A stretch of 64,000 nt of DNA from an uncultured cyanobacterium (GTDB lineage Bacteria > Cyanobacteriota > Cyanobacteriia > Cyanobacteriales > Nostocaceae), in contig CAVUDP010000002.1 in the NCBI GenBank assembly GCA_963740315.1, positions 1,472,001 through 1,536,000 on the forward strand, in the 5' to 3' direction. Positions within the stretch are counted from its first letter, which is position 1. Every line of letters begins with the position of its first letter. The notes below the pieces were generated by a model. The model was not told the DNA's origin, made no database searches, and saw only the letters and a program-made list of their open reading frames with translations. Positions 20,951-29,324 of this stretch are shown one piece after another. Position numbers and translations under genes: made by a program.

Positions 20951-21421
20951 TTGATGAATAGTTTAACCGCGTTTTTTAAAAAATTGCGATCGCGCCAAAT
21001 TTTGACGGTGTTTGTGGCTGGTATATTATTATTTGCAACCAGCATAACTTTTAATAATAGTCAATATTCTTTAGAAGTAAATTCAAGTAATACTGCGTTA
21101 CAAGCAGATATAGCAGGGTTAGATATCAACTCGCAATTATTAATTGCTGCAAAATCTGATGGGTTGCTTTATCCCGGTGCGGAGACTCCCGCAGGTAGAA
21201 TTGCTAAAGAAAAAGAATTGCCAATCAAAGGTTTAGTTGATACTAACGCACCTAAAGCTGGTGGATTAAATCAACGTAAAGGAGACTTTGGCGATCGCGT
21301 TGAAGGAAGACTTGATGCTGTCAAAGATACGTTCACAGAAGCTTCAGGTTTTTTACAAGATAAAGCCGAAGAAGCAAACGCCAGACCTGAAATCCAGAAA
21401 AATCCAGCGTTAGGTAGATAA
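20951..21421 (+). CDS. Hypothetical exported protein
   Basis: GGAGG RBS; N-terminal basic+hydrophobic segment; hydrophilic remainder. Confidence 0.7.
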   Translation: MMNSLTAFFKKLRSRQILTVFVAGILLFATSITFNNSQYSLEVNSSNTALQADIAGLDINSQLLIAAKSDGLLYPGAETPAGRIAKEKELPIKGLVDTNAPKAGGLNQRKGDFGDRVEGRLDAVKDTFTEASGFLQDKAEEANARPEIQKNPALGR

Positions 21422-21519
21422 AATCCATTCTTTAACTACTAAAGAAGACGCGGAATAGAAAAAAGACTCATGGTTCTTTTTCAAGTTACAATTCAATCAC
21501 TCAAAAAAGGAAGTAAAGC

Positions 21520-22107
21520 ATGAATAAAGTATTTTCTGCAATTAGAAAGATTCAAATTAAGCAGATTGTAACTGCTTTTGTATTAGGAGCTTTGCTGTTT
21601 GTTACCCAAGCTTGTAGTTCTGTGGATGCGAAATCTCCCGATTCAAACTATCGAGGAGGAATGAATCAGTATAGCGATGTAGATCCTAGAAGCAAAGATG
21701 CTGAAGCAGCAGCAAATGTGAAAGCTAAGGGTTTGAAAGATAATGCTGAAGTAAACGAAATCGATCAAACTGGTAGCTTGTCGGGTAACACTCGCCGCAC
21801 TTTAGATAAGAAAGGGGAAAACCTAGAAGATTTAGGTAAAAACCTTAAAGAAAGTGGACGATACGCAGCAGATAAAACACAAGAAAAAGCTGAAAACTTT
21901 GCTGAAGGTACCAAGCGAGGATTTGAAAATATCAAAGAAAATACCTCTGATGCTTTTGGTAAACTCACCAACAATGCAGGTGATGCTGCTGAAGATGCAA
22001 AATTAGGTACTCAGCGTGCTGCTAGAGATGCAAAATTAGGTACTAAACGTGCTGCTGAAGATGCTGGTAATTCAGTACAAAGAACATTGAGAGATGCAGT
22101 TAATTAA
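21520..22107 (+). CDS. LEA/hydrophilin-like putative lipoprotein
   Basis: Lipobox-like TQAC; A/K/E/D-rich; 11-aa repeats AAEDAKLGTQR/AARDAKLGTKR. Confidence 0.7.
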   Translation: MNKVFSAIRKIQIKQIVTAFVLGALLFVTQACSSVDAKSPDSNYRGGMNQYSDVDPRSKDAEAAANVKAKGLKDNAEVNEIDQTGSLSGNTRRTLDKKGENLEDLGKNLKESGRYAADKTQEKAENFAEGTKRGFENIKENTSDAFGKLTNNAGDAAEDAKLGTQRAARDAKLGTKRAAEDAGNSVQRTLRDAVN

Positions 22108-22140
22108 TAAAATTTAGTAAAAGTATTTAGTTAACTTTTA

Positions 22141-22176
22141 ATTGGGTGGGGTAAACAAAGCCTGCCCAATTTTTTT
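22141..22176 (+). terminator. Rho-independent terminator
   Basis: attgggtggg..cctgcccaat followed by T run, between convergent genes. Confidence 0.7.
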
Positions 22177-22202
22177 ATGAGTAGGGAACAGAGGAAAAAT
22201 CG

Positions 22203-23492
22203 CTACTCTCGATTTTTTGAATACCAAACTTGTAATGCTAACCTGTGAATTTCTTGCCAGGGAATGCCATATTTTTGTGCTAACTCCGCACAGTCTGCAT
22301 ATTCAGGATGTACGTTGGCGATCGCTTTATCTTTTACGGTTCCCCTCCAAGCTACTTTAATTCTAACTTTGCCATATTCAGTTTCTAACTGTTGAATTTC
22401 TCTTTGAAGTACGGCGCGTTGTTGGGTAAAACGACGAATTCCTAATGTGGTAGTTTCGCGAAATAAAACTGTTTCACATTCAACTAAGTTTTCTGGATGA
22501 CAAATAACAGTTAACAAAATTCCCGGACGAGATTTTTTCATTCCTACTGCTTGAGTAAAAACATCTACCGCTCCAACTGCAAATAAAGCTTCAAATATAT
22601 AACCAATTGCTTGAGGACTGATATCATCGACTTGTGTTTCTAAAACCGAAATGTTTTCTAAATAAGGACTAATCTCATTTTGAGATTGCCCAACAGCTTT
22701 TTCGCGGGTATTAGGATTAATCTCATTTTCTGTACTTGCTTCGCCTAGCCAAATACGTAAAATATTCGGTATTTCTAAATCTAAATTACCCGCACCCATA
22801 CCTACTTTTTCCAGAGTCATAGTTGGTGGTGAACCAAAGGAAGTAGCCAGAGTTGTTACAATAGCCGCACCTGTTGGTGTAACTAATTCCCGTTCGATAC
22901 CGTTGCTGTAAACGGGGCATTTTCGCATTTCCCATAATTTTAATACCGCAGGTACGGGTACAGCCATGATTCCATGTGCGGCGCGTACAGTTCCTCCGCC
23001 AGTCGGCAGCTTAGAGCAGTATAGTAAAGGTAATCCCTCATTACAGGTGTCAATACCCAACCAATCTAAACCCAAACAAGTACCGACAATATCCACAATG
23101 GCATCTACAGCACCGACTTCATGAAAATGAACTTTTTCAGGGGCTATACCGTGTACCGCGCCTTCTGCGATCGCTAACTGTCGGAATATCGCTAAACTCC
23201 AAGCTTCAGCTTTTGGGGGTAAACCTGCTTTTTCGATAATTTGCTCAATTTCCGGTAAATGTCGTCCGTGATGGTGGTGATGATGATTTTCGATCAAATC
23301 TACATGAACTTTAGTTGCTTGTTGATTTTTGCGGCTTACAAGTTCAGTCCACAATTTATATTCTTGTTCAATTCCTAACTTATTAAGATGTTCGATTAAA
23401 TATTCAACACTTACTCCCAAGCTTACTAAAGCACCCAAACACATATCACCAGAAATTCCAGTTGGACATTGAAAATAAGCAATTTTATTCAT
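22203..23492 (-). CDS. larC: Nickel-pincer cofactor biosynthesis protein LarC
   Basis: GISGDM, poly-His, VHFHEVGAVDAIVDIVG, ELVTPTGAA, ETTTLGIR. Confidence 0.93.
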   Translation of the reverse strand: MNKIAYFQCPTGISGDMCLGALVSLGVSVEYLIEHLNKLGIEQEYKLWTELVSRKNQQATKVHVDLIENHHHHHHGRHLPEIEQIIEKAGLPPKAEAWSLAIFRQLAIAEGAVHGIAPEKVHFHEVGAVDAIVDIVGTCLGLDWLGIDTCNEGLPLLYCSKLPTGGGTVRAAHGIMAVPVPAVLKLWEMRKCPVYSNGIERELVTPTGAAIVTTLATSFGSPPTMTLEKVGMGAGNLDLEIPNILRIWLGEASTENEINPNTREKAVGQSQNEISPYLENISVLETQVDDISPQAIGYIFEALFAVGAVDVFTQAVGMKKSRPGILLTVICHPENLVECETVLFRETTTLGIRRFTQQRAVLQREIQQLETEYGKVRIKVAWRGTVKDKAIANVHPEYADCAELAQKYGIPWQEIHRLALQVWYSKNRE

Positions 23493-23598
23493 GATCGCAG
23501 TTGAATGATTTTTAACAAGAAATTAGAAATTAGAAATTAGAAATAAACTTTGACTTTTGGCTTTTGATTAAATTTATTAAATACTCAATTTTTCGTTC

Positions 23599-24255
23599 AT
23601 GGCAAAAATTTTTACTCTCCATCCTGATAATCCCCAAAATCGTCGAATAGAAGATATTGTTGCAGCCTTAAAAGGTGGCGCAATTATGCTTTACCCTACC
23701 GATACAGTCTACGCCATCGGTTGCGATTTGAATGTTAAGTCGGCGGTACAACGGGTACGTCAAATAAAGCAGCTAGCTAATGAGAAACCACTGACATTTC
23801 TATGCCCTTCTCTGTCAAACGTGGCTACTTATGCTTTTGTGAATAATGCGGCTTATCGGATCATGAAGCATCTGATTCCGGGAACTTACACGTTTTTACT
23901 ACCCGCTACCAAGTTGGTACCGCGATTGGTTCAGAACCCAAAACGTAAAACTACTGGAATCCGAGTACCGGATCATGCGGTTTGTTTGTCGTTGTTAGAG
24001 GCTTTGGGAAACCCGATTATTTCAACTTCGGCGCACGTACCCCCGAATGACGCTGATGATGAAGACACGTGGGTAGAACAAGAACTTTTATCACGAGTAG
24101 AGTTATTTGACCGGATGGAAGGTTTGGTCGATGTAATTATAGATACCGGAAAAGAACCCGGTTATCAAGTGTCAACCATTTTGGATTTAACTGAAGAACA
24201 GCCAACAGTTGTACGCCAGGGTTTGGGTTGGGAAGAAGCCGTAGGGTGGATATAA
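23599..24255 (+). CDS. Sua5/YciO/YrdC family (L-threonylcarbamoyladenylate synthase-like)
   Basis: YPTDTVYAIGC, PGTYTFLL, GIRVPDH, PIISTSA. Confidence 0.9.
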   Translation: MAKIFTLHPDNPQNRRIEDIVAALKGGAIMLYPTDTVYAIGCDLNVKSAVQRVRQIKQLANEKPLTFLCPSLSNVATYAFVNNAAYRIMKHLIPGTYTFLLPATKLVPRLVQNPKRKTTGIRVPDHAVCLSLLEALGNPIISTSAHVPPNDADDEDTWVEQELLSRVELFDRMEGLVDVIIDTGKEPGYQVSTILDLTEEQPTVVRQGLGWEEAVGWI

Positions 24256-24589
24256 GGATTTTGGATTTTGGATTGGAAATTATTAGTTTTGTCTGTATGG
24301 GAGTTCAGATATCAGCGACTATCCGTCGTTGGTACAAAACTGCCAACTTTTATGCAGCTGCTTTATTATGTGTGGATATGAAAAAATCTTCGCCTAAAAT
24401 GAAGCTCTGTTTAACTAATTTTGGTACTCCAATTTCCAAATTGTCACATTCATCAAGCTAAAATAGGGTAGGGGGTACTAAGTGGTAAAGCCTTATCTAA
24501 TAAAGCTTTGAAGCCATTTTAAGTACTTATACTCAGTAGTGTGACAGTCGCATTTTGAAGAAACTCTAAGAAAGCGACACACCGGGCTA

Positions 24590-24595
24590 TCCGGA
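24590..24595 (+). promoter_or_regulatory. Candidate DIF1 motif (TCCGGA) upstream of the HetZ-related gene
   Basis: Hexamer ~130 bp upstream of the start codon; short motif, could be chance. Confidence 0.35.
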
Positions 24596-24725
24596 ACTTA
24601 CGGATATTTCTTACATTCATAAGTGTGAGCAGTGCTGATGGCGACTCTTGAATAACGCTCAAGATTTTTGCCTCCTACACACTCACCGACCTATCTAGTT
24701 ACGGTGCAGTACCACTCCTAAAAAA

Positions 24726-25949
24726 ATGATGAAAACAAACATTGCGAATCTACCTACTTCTACATCTACATCTACTGCTGAAAACGAAGCTGCTTTAGAA
24801 TCACAGGATAATAACAATGCATTAATTCAGCAGATATGTCAAGAGCTTGAATCAACTGTTAAAGCTACCCCTGCTACTATTCAAGTAGTCGCCACGCGCA
24901 TAGCCAAAGAAGTAGAACGTATTTGCGAGAAAAGCTACCGCATTCAATCATCCGGACAAGTTAAATCTTGGTTATTTAGTTTAGCTCGGCATCGCTTGCA
25001 AAAGTGTTCGCATTACTGTCAATTAGGTTCCAGACGCGGACGGGTAGAGTTACATAGCACCCTTGGTTCTATGGTTTACCGCCACATTAATCTACCCGGT
25101 TGTCAATTGGGTTTTGATGCGCGTTACAGCTTGATTGAAGATTTTCTCCAAGCATTTTATATAGAAGCTATCAAAGCCTTTCGTCGGGAAAACCAATTAC
25201 CCCAAGACTACACTCCCCGCACTCGGCTGCAATTAGGAGAGTACATGGCATTTACCGAACAGTATGCTAAACGTCGTATTTCTCTACCAGGCAACGCTAA
25301 CCAGCAGTTAATCATACTCCGCGCTCAAGGGTTTAGCCGCCGTTTGCCTCAAGAAACTACCGTGGATATGGAAATGGCGTTAGAATCCGCCAAATCCGAA
25401 GATGCTGAAGCTTATCAACGTAGTGGAGCAGTCCAACAAGTGCGATCGCAAATGGTTGCAAAATCCACTTTTGACCCAGCAGAGGAAGCGGAACGCGATC
25501 GCGTTGTCTCTGAGTTGGTGAATTACCTGCAAGCTCAAGGTCAAAGTGACTGTGTAGATTACTTATCCTTGAAACTGCAAGACCTCAGCGCCCCCGAAAT
25601 CGACCGGATTCTGGGTTTAACTAGCCGTCAGCGCGACTATCTACAGCAACGCTTTAAGTACCATGTAGAAAAGTTTGCCCGTACCCACAATTGGCAATTA
25701 GTACACCAGTGGTTGGGTGCAACTTTGGAGCAAAAATTGGGAATGTCTTCCACTCAGTGGGATGCTTTTGTCGGTCAACTTTCCGAACCACAACGTCAAA
25801 TGTTGGAGTTGAAAAGCGCCAAACAAAGCGACCAAGTAATTGCAAAAGAACTCAAATGTACTCCCAAGCAACTACAAAAGCGTTGGACTAAGTTGTTAGA
25901 AATGGCATGGTCTATCCGTAACGGTAATAGTGAAGTTCAAGCAGGTTAA
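24726..25949 (+). CDS. HetZ-related protein (paralogue of HetZ)
   Basis: GRVELHSTL, IEDFLQAFY, EYMAFTEQY, QLIILRAQ, GLTSRQRDYLQQRFKYH shared with HetZ; no patU3 downstream. Confidence 0.85.
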   Translation: MMKTNIANLPTSTSTSTAENEAALESQDNNNALIQQICQELESTVKATPATIQVVATRIAKEVERICEKSYRIQSSGQVKSWLFSLARHRLQKCSHYCQLGSRRGRVELHSTLGSMVYRHINLPGCQLGFDARYSLIEDFLQAFYIEAIKAFRRENQLPQDYTPRTRLQLGEYMAFTEQYAKRRISLPGNANQQLIILRAQGFSRRLPQETTVDMEMALESAKSEDAEAYQRSGAVQQVRSQMVAKSTFDPAEEAERDRVVSELVNYLQAQGQSDCVDYLSLKLQDLSAPEIDRILGLTSRQRDYLQQRFKYHVEKFARTHNWQLVHQWLGATLEQKLGMSSTQWDAFVGQLSEPQRQMLELKSAKQSDQVIAKELKCTPKQLQKRWTKLLEMAWSIRNGNSEVQAG

Positions 25950-26585
25950 ATAGGGTTAATAATATCTAAATTCACCATCGCTTTTAAACTCTTTACAATT
26001 ACTATAGATGATTGAAAAAAGCATTCAAACAGTGAAAATACTCCAACTATCCCCTACAAATCTAAATAACAACTTGTTAGTTTTTTAGGGGAAATCAGGA
26101 GGCTCTACTAAAATAATTGCATCCGTTAAACTGCGTTCATTGTTTGCATACTTTAATTCTAAATTAATACTTCACCCTCAACATACAGATATATTATGTT
26201 ATTGTTACTTCTTATTTATTAAAATATCCAAGACGCATTTCAAAGCATATCAAGATTTTAAAGTATTTTCTCACGTTACAAAAAAGGGAATTTATTTTAA
26301 ACTCAGTATTATATATAAGTGAGAGATTTACCTTACTCTCGTTATAATTTAAATGAGTAAGTACGAAAAATCTACGGTTAATAAAAAAAATACTGTATGC
26401 GTTGGCGGCTGACTCAAAACAGGAGTATCTATTTAGCGGGGATGTTCGCGAAATGAGTCGTTAGACTAAAGCTACTCGCAGGTTTTAACAATACATAAAT
26501 ATGATATTATTAGTTCAATAAGCAGGCAGCGTAATAAGCATATTTGAACGATATGCAGCGCGATCTAATCTAACGATTAAGTTCT

Positions 26586-26720
26586 ACTGTGAAAGACAAA
26601 ACCTTACGGATGCTATTCCGAGTAGGGAAGGGCATTCCCCAATTTACACTGGCTGGAGTTGAAACCTCTACGCTGCGTAGGAGAAATCCTGATTGGGCAA
26701 TTGAGGGTGAACTGTCAAAA
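26586..26720 (+). ncRNA. Candidate structured RNA / 5' leader of DUF751-rbfA
   Basis: GC-richer island with nested helices and a GAAA-capped hairpin (TAGGA-GAAA-TCCTG). Confidence 0.45.
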
Positions 26721-26740
26721 AAAGAAACTTTAAAAAAAAG

Positions 26741-26953
26741 ATGTTTGATGGTTTTTGGGATAACGTTTCTCGCTACCCCCGCTACTTAATAACTACCGCG
26801 TTGGGTATATTTCTGAATGCTTTTGGCTGGTTGGAGCCAGTATTTAAACGCCCTATCACTTCGATTATTTTTGTCGGATTCTTAGTAGGGATTCTCGTTT
26901 TTATTTCTTTTACCCTGCGTGCAATGCTTGGGTTAAGTACAATGTCCTCTTAG
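26741..26953 (+). CDS. DUF751 family protein
   Basis: [21 protein letters not shown]. Confidence 0.9.
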   Translation: MFDGFWDNVSRYPRYLITTALGIFLNAFGWLEPVFKRPITSIIFVGFLVGILVFISFTLRAMLGLSTMSS

Positions 26954-27041
26954 TAAGCTCTCATTTATGCCGGGATTTAACCCCCACATAAATGAGAGCC
27001 AAATTTTCTGTAGTAAAACCTCTGGACGGGAGGCTATTTTT

Positions 27042-27434
27042 ATGGCTACTAATCGCCGCGTTTCCCGCGTTGCTGAATTGATTAAACGGGAAGTTAGCCT
27101 GATGTTGATTAACGGCATTAAAGACGATCGAGTGGGTACGGGAATGGTCAGCGTTACTGATGTAAATGTTTCTGGCGATTTACAACACGCTAAAATCTAC
27201 GTTTCAATTTATGGTTCTGATGAAGCCAAAGAAGAAACAATGGCTGGCTTAAAATCAGCGACTGGTTACGTCCGCAGCGAACTTGGTTCAAGAATCCGTT
27301 TACGCCGTACCCCAGAAGTAATTTTCTTGGAAGACCTTTCAATTGAAAGAGGTAACAGGGTACTATCGCTTCTGGACAAAATTAAAAGTAAAGAAAAGTC
27401 AGAATTTCAAGAACAAGCAGAAGATGTGGATTAG
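27042..27434 (+). CDS. rbfA: 30S ribosome-binding factor A (start taken at MATNRR rather than 26967)
   Basis: [50 protein letters not shown] before 27042. Confidence 0.95.
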   Translation: MATNRRVSRVAELIKREVSLMLINGIKDDRVGTGMVSVTDVNVSGDLQHAKIYVSIYGSDEAKEETMAGLKSATGYVRSELGSRIRLRRTPEVIFLEDLSIERGNRVLSLLDKIKSKEKSEFQEQAEDVD

Positions 27435-27513
27435 CTGAACTAATTGATTAACTGTTGAAGTTGGAAAGCATGACAATTACTAATTTTTAATCGAAACTTA
27501 ACCAAACTTATAA

Positions 27514-27548
27514 GCAGGCGTAACCTCCGTTACGTCTGTTTCTGTTTC
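27514..27548 (+). terminator. Probable terminator after rbfA
   Basis: gcaggcgtaac-ctcc-gttacgtctgt followed by T-rich tail. Confidence 0.6.
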
Positions 27549-28556
27549 TATAGGAGCCTGATGTTAAAGGTTGCTCGACTTATCTGCTATTCGGTTATGA
27601 TTACCGCTGAATCGAGGGAGTAGGGAATAGGAACTAGGGAATATTGATGTGGTTTCTAAGGCTGTAATTCACACTAGTTTTTTCGATTTAATGGTGAGGG
27701 CTTACGCTTTACCACTTTTATTCGCTATTATACGAAATCTATTATCATACATTGTTCTATACACTTGTTATCAGTTAATTTTATACGCTTTACTGAAGTT
27801 AACAATATGTCATCCTATAATTTACGTAAATCGATCGGACTTAAGAAAGTAACATACTGTAAAATATAAGACAATAATTAGATATACATCATACTGCTTA
27901 CGCAAACAATATAGATGGCTGAAATTGATAAATAGTCAACACAAACCATGCTCAGCCTAATTTAAAGGCATCTCGCCTTGTTACAGCTATCTGTCAAAGA
28001 AGATTTGATTTATAATAGTGCTTTACTTAACAGAGCAATTACTTATCTGTTTAAGAAATTATTAACAGTAGATACGTATCAGGCTTTCATGGTGTAACTT
28101 AGCCTTTATGTCAAGCAATAGATTATACAGGTTATTTTTGTTTACATTTTTTTTAATGCTTGTTCCCCTACGGACAGATGCATTTAAGTTTAATCATTGC
28201 TATAGATAAGCTATTCCAACCATAATCCCGTTCGCAAACGGTTAAATTATGCCATTTGATTAATTTTATCTACTTAACGATGCTTAATAACTTCTTCATC
28301 CTCCCTTTAGGAGCATACTTACTTAAATGTTATATTTAGTACTTGAGTCCAAAATATTTTGTAAAAGTAAAAAGAATGTCATAATATCATGAGATATTTA
28401 ACATATCTTTATATTTTTTGAGGTTTTATAGCGTCAGAATGAAATCAGTTCCGTATAGCAAATTACAAAAAAATAGTAGCGAATTGGTTTAATACCTTGT
28501 TCGTTTCGGTTAAATTTTGGGAATAATACTTACGTGTAAAATAGCGAGTAGCAATT

Positions 28557-28790
28557 ATGAGTGTGAATACGGTGCCTTCTATCAATTACTCTTTAGATGT
28601 GATTCAGGATGAAGCGCGGCGATTGGTTCAAAAAGGAGTAGTTAGCCGACAGCAGCCTATATATACGTTGTGTCAGTACATACCGGCAAGAGAGTGGGTT
28701 TGCATCGAATGCGAGTTAGAAAAATGTGAATTTCTGCTGCGCGATCGCATAGCGGATCTAATTGGCAGGGAAGTGTGGGAAAACGACTAA
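28557..28790 (+). CDS. DUF4327 family protein
   Basis: YSLDVIQDEARRLV..SRQQPIYTLCQYIPAREW..LLRDRI. Confidence 0.9.
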   Translation: MSVNTVPSINYSLDVIQDEARRLVQKGVVSRQQPIYTLCQYIPAREWVCIECELEKCEFLLRDRIADLIGREVWEND

Positions 28791-29324
28791 CTTAAATGTT
28801 GGTAGTGACGGATATTGTGGGTGCTTAACTTGAACTAAATAATATTCAATGCTTAGTCAGCTATAGAATCTCTGTTTTTAATCTGAAAAATCGCGTCAAA
28901 GCTTATTGCTTCTACGTTATCTGTAGAAGTAAAAGTAATTTTAGAAAAATTTAAAGTCAGCACGTCCTAAATAAGCCATTTCCAACGTTAGCGGTTCGAG
29001 TATGGCTTATAGATTAGGGGGTGCTGTCTTTTTTTTTGCGCCTGCCCGATAGCAAATAGCAGAGTAAGCAAATTAATTTGAGTGGTTATGCAATATACCG
29101 TTTTATAAATAGCTTGTCAAGCTTTTAACTGTATTCATTGGCAAGTTCAACATAGAGAAATGGCTTTCGGAGGCACCCTCATTAGACTAACTTCTAGGCT
29201 CTGACCTAATTTTTTTTTGTTATGGTGGTGCAAAGTAATTCTAAGCACTTATAGAGACGGATGAAGATTTTCTTAGAGTGCAAATTATGAATAATTATCT
29301 ATCTTTGCTACCAGGTAAATATTT

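Noticed and set aside
24726..25949. Calling this hetZ itself
   Set aside because: Diverges from the HetZ sequence I recall and lacks adjacent patU genes; treated as the paralogue
26586..26720. Identification as 6S RNA (ssaA)
   Set aside because: Multi-branched fold rather than a long rod with central bubble; cannot be named without an Rfam search
26589..26789. 66-aa ORF upstream of DUF751
   Set aside because: Overlaps DUF751 out of frame and lacks a clear RBS; the sequence is better explained by RNA structure, though a short peptide is not excluded
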